Shown here piece by piece: positions 37,537 through 46,221 of a stretch of DNA of 64,000 nt. The position numbers and the translations under genes were made by a program. The DNA lies in assembly GCA_964398815.1 (NCBI GenBank), contig CAYNNZ010000002.1, positions 207 to 64,206 of the forward strand. Direction: 5' to 3'. The notes beneath the pieces were generated by a model. It saw only the letters and a program-made list of their open reading frames with translations. It had not been told where the DNA came from and did no database searches. Each line of letters starts with the position of its first letter. Position 1 is the first letter of the stretch. Source of the stretch: an uncultured Candidatus Saccharibacteria bacterium (GTDB lineage: Bacteria > Patescibacteriota > Minisyncoccia > Phycocordibacterales > Phycocordibacteraceae).

Positions 37537-38691
37537 ATGGACATCAAAATCGACCGAAGCGATGAAATGCGACTGCGCGAGGAACTAGCAGCCCGCACCG
37601 ACGCCGAAGCGGCACGCATCAATCGCTATCTGGGCATGGCGGACCTCTCGCGTACTCCTGGCTCCCCGCTTTACGAAATCACCGAGCGCGTGAAGCAGGT
37701 CTCGGGACTCGCCAATTTCGATATTATCGAGATTCCTGAAATCGTCCCGGCCGACATTTCATTCGACCTGTTCGACTTCCCTGCCGACCATCCAGCACGG
37801 AGCACCTCGGACACCTACTACGTGGACGACAAGAACATCCTGCGCACGCACGATACGGTCTTCTGGTACTACTACCTCCAGCATCCGGAAATTAAGGCGC
37901 GCATCGAACGCGGCGAGTCCATGGGCGCGCTCTGCTACGGCAAGGTCTACCGCAAGGACGAGATTGATAGCCGCCACATGAACATCTTCCATCAGCTTGG
38001 TGGCTGGTATATCGCTCCGGAGAGCGAGAAGGTAGAGCCGGAGGACCTGAAGAATGTGCTCGGCGACATCGTGCATGCGGTATTCGGCCCTGACATGAAG
38101 CACCGGGTGAATGACGACACCTTCCCGTACACGGACCCATCCTTCGAAGTAGAGGTGAACGTGGCTGGTACGGCCGCAGAGGGTCCTGCGCGCGGCGAGT
38201 GGCTCGAAGTCCTGGGCAGCGGCATGCCGAAGGCAAGCGTGCTCAAGAAGATGGGTGTCGAGGGCTATCACGGCTGGGCCTTTGGATTCGGCATTGAGCG
38301 TCTCGCCATCATCTCGATGGCACTCCCGGACATCCGTCTCCTCTGGAGCACCGATGAGCGCATCAAGAAGCAGCTGGTGCTCGGGAATGCATTCAAGGAA
38401 GTCAGCAAGTATCCGCCCGTCGTCCGCGACATTTCCTTCATCGTGACCTCGGATTTCACGCCGAATAACTACTTCGACCTCGTGCGCGATGTCGCAGGCG
38501 ACCTCGTTGAGGAAGTAGCACTCTTGGACCGCTACGAAAACGAGGAGAAGTTCGGCGTCGGCAAGCTTTCCTACGCCTACCGCATCACGTACCGGTCCAT
38601 TGATCGCACCCTCACCTCAGAGGAAGTAGATGCGGTCCACAAGAAGCTGGAGGAGGCTACCACAGCCACATACGGCGCCCAGGTACGCTAA
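37537..38691 (+). CDS. pheS: phenylalanyl-tRNA synthetase alpha-like catalytic protein fused to a PheT-type FDX-ACB anticodon-binding domain (single-chain PheRS candidate)
   Basis: Class II core with FPYTDPSFEV and AFGFGIERLAII. A ~105-aa C-terminal extension KYPPVVRDISFIVTSD...LDRYEN...GKLSYAYRITYRSIDRTLTSEEV matches the FDX-ACB domain of PheT / mitochondrial PheRS. Confidence 0.85.
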   Translation: MDIKIDRSDEMRLREELAARTDAEAARINRYLGMADLSRTPGSPLYEITERVKQVSGLANFDIIEIPEIVPADISFDLFDFPADHPARSTSDTYYVDDKNILRTHDTVFWYYYLQHPEIKARIERGESMGALCYGKVYRKDEIDSRHMNIFHQLGGWYIAPESEKVEPEDLKNVLGDIVHAVFGPDMKHRVNDDTFPYTDPSFEVEVNVAGTAAEGPARGEWLEVLGSGMPKASVLKKMGVEGYHGWAFGFGIERLAIISMALPDIRLLWSTDERIKKQLVLGNAFKEVSKYPPVVRDISFIVTSDFTPNNYFDLVRDVAGDLVEEVALLDRYENEEKFGVGKLSYAYRITYRSIDRTLTSEEVDAVHKKLEEATTATYGAQVR

Positions 38692-38761
38692 GTCCTCAGG
38701 GGTAGAAAAAATCCCTGTATTTGCTACTGTTTTAGCATCGGGCTCGGGGAAAAGTGCCGCA

Positions 38762-38840
38762 GGCAAGGCATGGGCAGACAGTAAGCGCAGGCGTATTCCG
38801 TATACGACGGAGCGAGCTGGCGGGGCCCATAACGCAGACT
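38762..38840 (+). repeat. structured intergenic repeat, copy B
   Basis: ...AAGGCAUGGG...GCGUAUUCCGUAUACGACGGAGCGAG...GGGCCCAUAACGCAGAC. Track ORF 38754 reads through it. Confidence 0.5.
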
Positions 38841-38867
38841 GAGACGCTTTTAGCGGGCCCGCACTAT

Positions 38868-40109
38868 ATGCACCTAGAGTTTTTCGCCTATCCCTTTATT
38901 TTCCTCGGACTCTATTTCGAGGTTTTCATGATGCTCACCTTCCTATCGGCTCCTGCCAAGGAACGCCGTGCACGCCCCGCAGTCACTGCCAACACTCCTA
39001 AGGTCGCGATTATCGTCCCTTGCTGGAACGAGGAGAGCACCATCGGCGGCACCGTGAAGTCGCTCCTTGCACTCGACTACCCTGCCGACAAGCTACGTAT
39101 CATCCTCGTGAATGACGGCTCAACCGACAACACACGCTCCGTCATGGACTCCTATGTGGGTAATCCGCAGATTACCGTGGTGCATAAGGAGAACGGCGGC
39201 AAGCACACCGCAATCAATGCAGGAATTGATATCACTACCGACTGCGAATTCATTGGCTGTCTGGACGCTGATTCGTTTGTCGCACCGGATGCACTCCGCG
39301 AAATGATGAGCGCATTCGACGACCCCAAGGTGGGCGCATCGACCCCGGCCATGAGTGTGTTTGAGCCGAAAAATCTCCTCGAGCGCATGCAGAATGCGGA
39401 ATACATTTTTGGCATCGCGCTTCGCCACGCACTCTCAGCGGTGAATGGCATTTACGTAACTCCCGGACCTTTCTCGCTCTATCGCCGCTCAGTTATCGAG
39501 CAGGTAGGCGGCTTCCGTCATGCACACCAGGCAGAAGACATGGAAATGGCACTTCGGCTTCAGAAGGCTGGCTACGAAATTGAGAACGCGCCGCGAGCCC
39601 GCGTCTTCACCAAGGTTCCTCGCCAGGTCGGCAAACTCATCAAGCAGCGCACCCGCTGGACCACCGGATTCCTTAGGAACGTCATGGGTGATTACCGCGA
39701 GATGGTTGGTAACCCTAAGTACGGCATTCTCGGCCTCATGGTGCTGCCGCTCGGGTTCGTGGCGGTACTCGGGGGCGTAGGGCTCTTCCTGCTCGCCATC
39801 CTCATGCTCGGGTCTGACCTCATCCACACCGCAATCGTGACCTCAGGAGTGCCATTCCTCTTCATCATTACCCCACGCTTCTCGGTCGAATGGTTCTATG
39901 CCCCGATGACCTTCATTACGGTCATCAGCTTTGTCGTGATGATTATTTCTACGTCGTTCATCATCATGGGACAATACGTATCACGCACGCGCACCGACCT
40001 CACGATGAGCATATTGGGCTATGCACTTCTCTACGGATTCATTGCGCCGTTCTGGCTCGTGCGTGCACTTACGGATGTGGCGACTAATACCAAACGCGCT
40101 TGGCGCTAA
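38868..40109 (+). CDS. family 2 glycosyltransferase, membrane-integrated (processive synthase-like)
   Basis: DGSTDNT, DAD and QRTRW motifs. N- and C-terminal TM helices. Start taken at MHLEFFAYPF; the track ORF begins earlier inside repeat B. Confidence 0.8.
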   Translation: MHLEFFAYPFIFLGLYFEVFMMLTFLSAPAKERRARPAVTANTPKVAIIVPCWNEESTIGGTVKSLLALDYPADKLRIILVNDGSTDNTRSVMDSYVGNPQITVVHKENGGKHTAINAGIDITTDCEFIGCLDADSFVAPDALREMMSAFDDPKVGASTPAMSVFEPKNLLERMQNAEYIFGIALRHALSAVNGIYVTPGPFSLYRRSVIEQVGGFRHAHQAEDMEMALRLQKAGYEIENAPRARVFTKVPRQVGKLIKQRTRWTTGFLRNVMGDYREMVGNPKYGILGLMVLPLGFVAVLGGVGLFLLAILMLGSDLIHTAIVTSGVPFLFIITPRFSVEWFYAPMTFITVISFVVMIISTSFIIMGQYVSRTRTDLTMSILGYALLYGFIAPFWLVRALTDVATNTKRAWR

Positions 40110-40120
40110 AATAACTACCT

Positions 40121-40816
40121 ATGTTTGAACACATGCCGCTCGCCCTCCGCAACGCGCTCATCGCTTTTGGAATTACCGTTGTCATTATCGGTTCCGTTGT
40201 CTATGCGACCAGTTATCTCGACCGTCAGCGACTCGCAGAACTGACTGCGATACAGAATCAGCTGGCGACCGATACGCTCTCGCTCGAGACCCAGTTCTCG
40301 CTGCTGGAGAACGCTCCCTGCGAGGACATTGTTGCGGGTAACGAGCTCTCTCAGGAGGTATCTGCGCTCGGAGATAGGCTTGCTGGCGCTGAGGAACGCC
40401 TCGGGAACACCAACAAGCAGGTAATCGACCTGAAGAAGCAGTACACTCTCCTTCAGATTCGCGACTACCTCCTCACCCAGCAATTGGCAAAGACCTGCCA
40501 TATCACCCCGACCGTCGCGCTCTATTTCTACTCAAACGTTCCGGGCTCCTGCGAAAATTGCGATCGCGCCAGCTATGCACTCTCCTACCTACGTCAGACC
40601 TACCCCTCGCTGCGCGTCTACTCCTTCGACTACGACCTCGACCTGGGCGCACTCCGCACACTTATTGCGGTTGAAAAGGTGAAGTCCGAATTCCCTGCCT
40701 TTGTGATTAACGGCAAGCGCACCTACGGATTCACGACACTCGAGGACTTCCAGAAGCAGTTCCCGAAGGCTCTGTTTGCCACTTCGACTGCCACCACGAC
40801 AGCGACGAAGAAGTAG
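40121..40816 (+). CDS. hypothetical membrane-anchored protein with CxxC motif (possible thiol-disulfide oxidoreductase-like)
   Basis: N-terminal TM. Coiled-coil segment. PGSCENCDRA CxxC motif. Ends with a Thr/Ala-rich tail. Confidence 0.55.
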   Translation: MFEHMPLALRNALIAFGITVVIIGSVVYATSYLDRQRLAELTAIQNQLATDTLSLETQFSLLENAPCEDIVAGNELSQEVSALGDRLAGAEERLGNTNKQVIDLKKQYTLLQIRDYLLTQQLAKTCHITPTVALYFYSNVPGSCENCDRASYALSYLRQTYPSLRVYSFDYDLDLGALRTLIAVEKVKSEFPAFVINGKRTYGFTTLEDFQKQFPKALFATSTATTTATKK

Positions 40817-40832
40817 GTTATAAAACATAGAC

Positions 40833-40908
40833 GCCGAGATAGCTCAGTTGGTAGAGCAACGCACTTGTAATGCGTAGGTCGCGAGTTCAAATCTCGCTCT
40901 CGGCTCCA
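40833..40908 (+). tRNA. tRNA-Thr (anticodon TGT)
   Basis: GCCGAGAUAGCUCAGUUGGUAGAGCAACGCACUUGUAAUGCGUAGGUCGCGAGUUCAAAUCUCGCUCUCGGCUCCA. Cloverleaf with a 7-bp acceptor stem, GG in the D-loop, anticodon loop CU-UGU-AA, and a TΨC-loop UUCAAAU; CCA is encoded. Confidence 0.85.
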
Positions 40909-40956
40909 CAACAAAAGGTATACCTACTCTGGGCATAGAGACGCTATACTCATACT

Positions 40957-41355
40957 ATGGAGGTACTTCACTGCCTGCAGTGCAGGAATGAGTTACTAAA
41001 ACGTCACCAAAAGAAGTACTGCTCCAATAAATGTCAGGCTGATTTCCAGTATTCCCTTTTTAAGAAAGAGTGGTTGAGTGGCACCCGCACTGTCGTTACA
41101 AAAAATATCTCCGCACACATCAAGCGCTATTTAATCGAAACACATGGGGAGAAATGCATGCAATGTGGTTGGGCCACTAGGCATAGTTTAACTAAAAGAG
41201 TGCCTTTGGAGGCAGACCATATTGACGGAAACTCCGACAACAATTCGAGAAAGAACCTGCGTCTTCTTTGTCCAAACTGCCACTCCCTCACCACCTCATT
41301 CCGTAACCTTAACAGAGGTCGTGGTAGGAATTGGAGAAACAAGCAAGGTGATTAG
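40957..41355 (+). CDS. HNH endonuclease (free-standing) in a low-GC islet next to tRNA-Thr
   Basis: Paired CxxC zinc knuckles (CLQC...CSNKC; CMQCGW...CPNCH) and an HNH core EADHIDGNSDNNSRKNLRLLCPNCH. Local GC about 45% versus about 58% in the flanks. Confidence 0.75.
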   Translation: MEVLHCLQCRNELLKRHQKKYCSNKCQADFQYSLFKKEWLSGTRTVVTKNISAHIKRYLIETHGEKCMQCGWATRHSLTKRVPLEADHIDGNSDNNSRKNLRLLCPNCHSLTTSFRNLNRGRGRNWRNKQGD

Positions 41356-41744
41356 TCCTTCTTACGAAGGTTCTTACGGAAACGCACAATCGTCGCAATG
41401 AGTTGCGACCCCTCAACTGGCTCGCCTGAAGGCTCGTGGCGCGCCACACGCTCGCGCAGAGTGCGGATAAGGCGCGTAAGCGTGCGCTCAGTGGCACGGA
41501 CCACGAGTAGGGTCGTATGCACGAGGTCGTGGGCCACGCGCTCCGCGTTCGACTTCGCGAGGTGATGGAAGAACCCCGCCCAGTCTATGTGGGTAGCCAC
41601 ATAGGAAGCGCGAGTGACCTGACGGTCGAGCTTGCGGCGCATGCCACCCAAGAACCGCACCCCCGTCTTGGTTTCGACGTAGGAGAAGCCTACGAAGGCG
41701 ATAAGGAGGAGGAGCGACGCACCAACTGCGAAGAGGTACGTCAT
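41352..41744 (-). CDS. hypothetical small membrane protein (130 aa)
   Basis: N-terminal TM MTYLFAVGASLLLLIAFVGF, then a basic helical region. Confidence 0.45.
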   Translation of the reverse strand: MTYLFAVGASLLLLIAFVGFSYVETKTGVRFLGGMRRKLDRQVTRASYVATHIDWAGFFHHLAKSNAERVAHDLVHTTLLVVRATERTLTRLIRTLRERVARHEPSGEPVEGSQLIATIVRFRKNLRKKD

Positions 41745-41746
41745 GC

Positions 41747-42331
41747 TTATCCGCGAGCGGAGAAGCGAGCGAATTTAGAAATCTCAACGCGCTCGCCGAA
41801 CTTCTGCGATGCCTCGTCAATGAGCTGCTTGATAGTCTTCCCCTCGTCCTTAATGTAGGACTGATTGAGAAGAACAGAATCGCGGAAATAGCTCTCCATT
41901 TTGCCAGCGAGGATTTTCTCCTGCATCTCTGCCGGCTTATCCTTCACTTCTTCCTGAAATACCGCCATAGCTGCGTCCTTGGCAGCCTGGTCGATTTCGT
42001 CCGACGTGAGGTACTGCGGGTTGGTTGCAGCAACCTGCATCGCGAGCTCGCGTGCGAGCGCCTCGAACTCAGGATTCTTGGAAACAAAGTCAGTCTCAGA
42101 AGAAAGCAGCACCATCGCGCCGATGGCCTTGTCGTGGAGGTACATGCCTACTGCACCTGCACCTATTTCGCGGTCGCTTTTCTTATCCGCTGCCTCAGAG
42201 GAGCGCTTGCGGAGGATAACCTCTGCCTTATCGACGTCACCGCCAGCCTCTTCAAGAGCCTTGCGGCACTGCATGACGGAAAGACCCGTCTTCTCGCGCA
42301 GTTCTTTGACAATATCGATTGAGATTTCCAT
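41747..42331 (-). CDS. tsf: elongation factor Ts (short form)
   Basis: N-terminal UBA-like VKELREKTGLSVMQCRKALEEAGGDVDKA. 194 aa. Confidence 0.85.
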   Translation of the reverse strand: MEISIDIVKELREKTGLSVMQCRKALEEAGGDVDKAEVILRKRSSEAADKKSDREIGAGAVGMYLHDKAIGAMVLLSSETDFVSKNPEFEALARELAMQVAATNPQYLTSDEIDQAAKDAAMAVFQEEVKDKPAEMQEKILAGKMESYFRDSVLLNQSYIKDEGKTIKQLIDEASQKFGERVEISKFARFSARG

Positions 42332-42390
42332 AGGTACTTAGTCTAATGTGTTTTTAAAATTTCTCACTAGGAGACTGTTGAGGGTTTCGG

Positions 42391-42473
42391 GGACGAGGCA
42401 CGGGCGGTTCAGTGAGTAAAACGTATGAGTGATACGGCGCACGAACTGAACGGGACCCGTAACGAAGTGTCCG
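42391..42473 (+). repeat. structured intergenic repeat, copy C (in the rpsB-tsf spacer)
   Basis: GGACGAGGCACGGG...GUAUGAGUGAUACGGCGCACGAAC...GGGACCCGUAACGAAGUGUCC. Confidence 0.5.
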
Positions 42474-42489
42474 GAAGCCTCAACGGCTC

Positions 42490-43200
42490 CTAGCCCTTGT
42501 AGCCGGACTCGAAGGCATCTGCGAGCTCTCCGAGAACGAGGGAGATGGCCGCACGAGATGCATCGTTCGTAACAATCGGGTACGCAGAATCCTTGAGGTC
42601 ACAATCAGAGCTGATGATGCCAATGACTGGGATACCAGCCTGACGTGCCTCCTTCGTTGCATGCGCCTCGTGCTTGGTGTCGACAATGACAAGAGCGTCA
42701 GGACGCTTTGCAAGATTGCGAATACCCTCAAGACGCTCCTCGAGGCGGTCAATTTCGCGATCAATCATGATGCGCTCAAGCTTAGTGTAGATTTTGCCAA
42801 GTTCACCGGACTCGCGCTTTGCGGAGAGGTCAGCAAGACGATCGATGCGCTTCTTGATCTCCGTGAAGTTGGAGATGGTACCACCGAGCCAGCGGCCTGC
42901 GACATACGGCTGGGCGAGGCGCTTTGCAACCTCGCGGACCTGGTCAGATGCCTCGCGCTTGCCGCCTACGAAGAGGACGGTCTTGCCGTCGCGTGCGAGC
43001 GCAGCGATTGCGGTCTTTGCCTCGGCAAGCTGGTCATCGGTCTTCTGCAGATCGAAGATTTCCATACCACCCTTGGCTCCAAGCACGAACGAGCGCATAG
43101 ACGGATGGCGGCGGCTCTTCACCTGAGCAAAATGAGCACCCGCGCCAAATAGACGCTCGATTCCAGCACCGCTCTGGGCGGTAGTCGTTGTTTCTGCCAT
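42490..43200 (-). CDS. rpsB: 30S ribosomal protein S2
   Basis: MAETTT...LFGAGAHFAQ...VLFVGGKREA... matches the uS2 pattern. Start at the internal Met of the track ORF. Confidence 0.9.
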   Translation of the reverse strand: MAETTTTAQSGAGIERLFGAGAHFAQVKSRRHPSMRSFVLGAKGGMEIFDLQKTDDQLAEAKTAIAALARDGKTVLFVGGKREASDQVREVAKRLAQPYVAGRWLGGTISNFTEIKKRIDRLADLSAKRESGELGKIYTKLERIMIDREIDRLEERLEGIRNLAKRPDALVIVDTKHEAHATKEARQAGIPVIGIISSDCDLKDSAYPIVTNDASRAAISLVLGELADAFESGYKG

Positions 43201-43265
43201 AGATAGGAACAGCCTACCACAAGCCTTTTTGGCGTACAATGGCCTCCCTGCCGCCCGCTAGGACG

Positions 43266-44219
43266 TTATTCAGTCTCCTCTGCCGGGCCAACTCCCCCTG
43301 CCTCTGCCGCCGCTTGGAGGGATTCGATGATTGGGTCTATATTCCCGAGCATTATTTTCGGCAGATTATGCCAGGACTCCTTGAGACGATGGTCCGTGAT
43401 GCGGTCCTGAAGGAAGTTATAGGTACGGATTTTCTCTGAACGGTCTCCGGTACCAATCTGGCCCGAGCGCAGATCCGAGTGCTTCTTGGCCTCCTCTTCT
43501 ATGGCGAGTGCCTCGAGCTTAGCAGCGAGGATTTCCATCGCCTTAAGGCGGTTTGCGAGCTGGGAACGCTCGCTTGAGGAACGGACATCGATGCCGCTCG
43601 GCCTATGCACGAGGCGCACTGCCGTCTCCACCTTGTTCACGTTCTGACCGCCCGCACCGCCTGAACGAGTGAATTCCATATCAATATCCGCTGGATTGAT
43701 TTCAACGACTGGCTTCGCGCGAATGGGAAGCACCGCCACCGACGCAGTCGAGGTATGAATACGTCCTGACTTTTCCGTTACGGGGACGCGCTGCACGCGA
43801 TGCACGCCGGTCTCATAGCGAAGTGCGTCATAGGCCTTCGGGGTATCAAATTCGATGGTCATGTCGTCTATTCGGCGAGCCTTCCAGTTCTTACCCTCCC
43901 CATATTTGAGGTACATATCCCGGAGTTCTGTCGCAAATAGTGAGGCCTCATCGCCCCCTGCGGCCGCACGAAACTCGAGTACCACCGCTTTCGGCTTACT
44001 TTCTTCCTCCTTCTCGCGATTCATAATGCGCTCGATATCGGCAAGAATTTCCTCCTGCCGCGCCCTGATGCGCGTCTCGTCTTCTGCTGCCATTTCAAGC
44101 AGGAGTGCGTCCTCTCCGGCGGCCTCACGGCTCGCTGCAAGTTCTTCTTCTAGGCGCTCGAACTCCTCCGCCAGATAGCGGGTCGCATGGTTGTTCTTAA
44201 ATTCGGAGGAGTATTCCAT
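43266..44219 (-). CDS. prfA: peptide chain release factor 1
   Basis: [17 protein letters not shown] (the RF1 PxT motif) and [11 protein letters not shown] (GGQ). Confidence 0.9.
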   Translation of the reverse strand: MEYSSEFKNNHATRYLAEEFERLEEELAASREAAGEDALLLEMAAEDETRIRARQEEILADIERIMNREKEEESKPKAVVLEFRAAAGGDEASLFATELRDMYLKYGEGKNWKARRIDDMTIEFDTPKAYDALRYETGVHRVQRVPVTEKSGRIHTSTASVAVLPIRAKPVVEINPADIDMEFTRSGGAGGQNVNKVETAVRLVHRPSGIDVRSSSERSQLANRLKAMEILAAKLEALAIEEEAKKHSDLRSGQIGTGDRSEKIRTYNFLQDRITDHRLKESWHNLPKIMLGNIDPIIESLQAAAEAGGVGPAEETE

Positions 44220-44233
44220 AGGTTGATGATAAC

Positions 44234-44267
44234 AAACGCGCACCCCGCAGAAGCGGGGTGCGCGTTT
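44234..44267. terminator. terminator/attenuator hairpin between rpmE and prfA
   Basis: aaacgcgcaccccgc-agaa-gcggggtgcgcgttt, a perfect 15-bp stem. Confidence 0.5.
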
Positions 44268-44276
44268 GTAGATGCC

Positions 44277-44528
44277 TTATTTCTTTGCCTTAGCGGCGCG
44301 CTGCTTGAAGCGCTCCACGCGACCCGTCTTGTCGAGGGTACGGTCTTCGCCCGTGTAGAACGGGTGCGATGCGCTCGAGATTTCTACGACGTACTTGTCG
44401 TACTCCTTACCCTCAAAAGTCGCCTTTTCAGTGGTGCGGATGGTGGAGCCGATAAGGTAACGCTCCCCCGAGGACATGTCCTCGAAGAGTACGGTGCGAT
44501 AGTCGGCCGGGTGCGTGTCCTTTTTCAT
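44277..44528 (-). CDS. rpmE: 50S ribosomal protein L31 (type B, non-zinc)
   Basis: MKKDTHPADYRTVLF...SSASHPFYTG matches bL31. Confidence 0.85.
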   Translation of the reverse strand: MKKDTHPADYRTVLFEDMSSGERYLIGSTIRTTEKATFEGKEYDKYVVEISSASHPFYTGEDRTLDKTGRVERFKQRAAKAKK

Positions 44529-44593
44529 GTCGCCTGACTATACCCCACCACCCCCAGCAATGCAACGCATAAGCCTCTCAAAATGGCCTAAAG

Positions 44594-44668
44594 ACAAGGC
44601 GCGGGAGGGAGATTTTCGTAGACGTATGGGGTATACGGCGGAGAAAATCGACGGGCCCCGCAACGCAG
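44594..44668 (+). repeat. structured intergenic repeat, copy D
   Basis: ...AAGGCGCGGG...GUAUGGGGUAUACGGCGGAGAAAAUC...GGGCCCCGCAACGCAG. Confidence 0.45.
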
Positions 44669-44689
44669 TATTTTTGACATTTTGCAGGC

Positions 44690-46036
44690 TTATCCGCCCA
44701 AGGTGTCGATATCTGACTGATACTGAGCCGCAAAATCCATCACGCTATTGGCATAGGCCTGACCGGCCGTAGCCCAATTCCCTCCTGCATAGTATTTCGC
44801 AGCTGCGGTGTGTTCCGCGTTATAGGAGCCACCGGCACCCCCTACGGCCGAGAGGTAGAGACCCGTCGCGGTAATGGCATGGAGCGGATTCCATGGGTCG
44901 GCCGCTGAAATACCCAACGCCTTCTCTATTTGCGGCTTAAGTCCAATCCACGTGGATGGGATGAACTGAGTCGGACCCATGGCGCCACCATATCCATTCC
45001 CCTGAGGACAGGAGACGGCCGTTGTTTTCCAGTCGCGCCCGAGGTCATCCATGATGGTCTTGAACGGGACGGTGTCGCGCGGCGACTTCATGACCCCTGT
45101 CGCTGCGTTTGAGTTTCCTGTTCCAAAGCCGGTCGCGAGGTCGGTCACATAGCACCTGCCCACGTTCGAACCGAGATTCGACTCCTGTCGCAAAATGGCA
45201 AGAATGAATGCCGCCCGCACTCCGGTAATACGTGATGAGGTCTTTGCGTATTCAATAGCGGTTGGGAGCGGTATCTGACCGCCACCACCTGCAAGTGCGA
45301 ACAATTCCGAACGAATCTGCGCGGCAGTCTTCTGCTTCGTCGCAACAATCTGCTGATACAGATTCTCCTGTCCCTTGGTAGCAGTGAGTAGCTGCTGCTT
45401 AGCATTCTGTTGATCCTGAACTTTCTTCTTTGCCTCCAGCTGCAGCTGCGCCACCTGCTGCTGCTGCTTACGCTGCTCTTCCAGCTCATCCTTTTCCGCC
45501 TCAGCCTGCAACTTCGTGCCAGTAATGACTTCATAGGAATCCCCAAGCGACTGCTTCACGAATGCGTACGAGTCGAGGTCCCCGAACAACTTGCTGATGT
45601 CGTCTGCAGAAAACGCGAGCTCGACGAGAGACATATTGTCGATTTCTTCGGTACGGCGAAGTATCTGCGCAAGCGACTCTTTCTCGTTCGAGAGCTTGGT
45701 TGAGAGCGACGTGATGGTCCTCTGATGTACGGAAATATTCGAATCAATCTGCTTGATGGCGACCTGAGTGGCCTGCACCTGCAGCTGCGCCTTCTTGATC
45801 TGTGCATTCAGTGTCGCAACCTCGGTCGAAAGCGACTTACCCTGCGAAGCAAGCTTGTCGACCATCGCCTGGTTCTCAGCGATTTCAGACTCGAGCTGGT
45901 TCAACTGGCTCTGCAGCTGCGCGCGCCGGTCGTCGGTCGACTGCGCGAACAGCACATGCGGCAGGACTGCACCTGCGGTAAGCGCAATGATGAGAATGCC
46001 TACGAATAGGGCTGGTAGAGAGAACCTGAGGCGCAT
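44690..46036 (-). CDS. secreted coiled-coil protein with C-terminal lytic transglycosylase (MltB/SLT_2-like) domain, paralog 1
   Basis: Signal/TM. About 230 aa of Gln/Glu-rich coiled coil. C-terminal LRQESNLG...GGAMGPTQFIPSTW...YYAGG. About 75-80% identical to 56549..57907. Confidence 0.7.
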   Translation of the reverse strand: MRLRFSLPALFVGILIIALTAGAVLPHVLFAQSTDDRRAQLQSQLNQLESEIAENQAMVDKLASQGKSLSTEVATLNAQIKKAQLQVQATQVAIKQIDSNISVHQRTITSLSTKLSNEKESLAQILRRTEEIDNMSLVELAFSADDISKLFGDLDSYAFVKQSLGDSYEVITGTKLQAEAEKDELEEQRKQQQQVAQLQLEAKKKVQDQQNAKQQLLTATKGQENLYQQIVATKQKTAAQIRSELFALAGGGGQIPLPTAIEYAKTSSRITGVRAAFILAILRQESNLGSNVGRCYVTDLATGFGTGNSNAATGVMKSPRDTVPFKTIMDDLGRDWKTTAVSCPQGNGYGGAMGPTQFIPSTWIGLKPQIEKALGISAADPWNPLHAITATGLYLSAVGGAGGSYNAEHTAAAKYYAGGNWATAGQAYANSVMDFAAQYQSDIDTLGG

Positions 46037-46059
46037 ATCTTGTATATTCTAGCAGACGT

Positions 46060-46096
46060 AAAAAGAGCCGATTCCTTGCAGAATCGGCTCTTTTTA
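46060..46096 (-). terminator. Rho-independent terminator downstream of rplY copy 1
   Basis: aaaaagagccgattc-cttgcag-aatcggctcttttt. Confidence 0.5.
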
Positions 46097-46130
46097 TCTA
46101 CCTGGGCGCCTGAAGACGCAGAAATATTTT

Positions 46131-46220
46131 GGATGCGAGGCGCGGGAAATTTCTGAGCGCAGGCGTATTCCGTATACGACGGAGCGAGGAAATGGGTCCC
46201 GCAACAACGCAGACAGGATG
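46131..46220 (+). repeat. structured intergenic repeat, copy E (absent from the paralogous locus at 57908-57986)
   Basis: GAUGCGAGGCGCGGG...GCGUAUUCCGUAUACGACGGAGCGAG...GGGUCCCGCAACAACGCAGAC. Track ORF 46129 reads through it. Confidence 0.55.
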
Positions 46221-46221
46221 T

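Noticed and set aside
37038-37622. Minus-strand 194-aa ORF overlapping folB in another frame
   Set aside because: The FolB frame (37061..37426) has clear family similarity. The overlapping frame is Arg-rich and low-complexity.
38754-38867. N-terminal extension of the GT2 ORF (MPQARHGQTVSAGVFRIRRSELAGP...) and the similar start of ORF 46129..46395 (MDARRGKFLSAGVFRIRRSEEMGP...)
   Set aside because: Both read through copies of the intergenic repeat in the same frame. The shared peptide is an artefact of the repeated DNA, not a protein domain. The GT2 start was moved to 38868.
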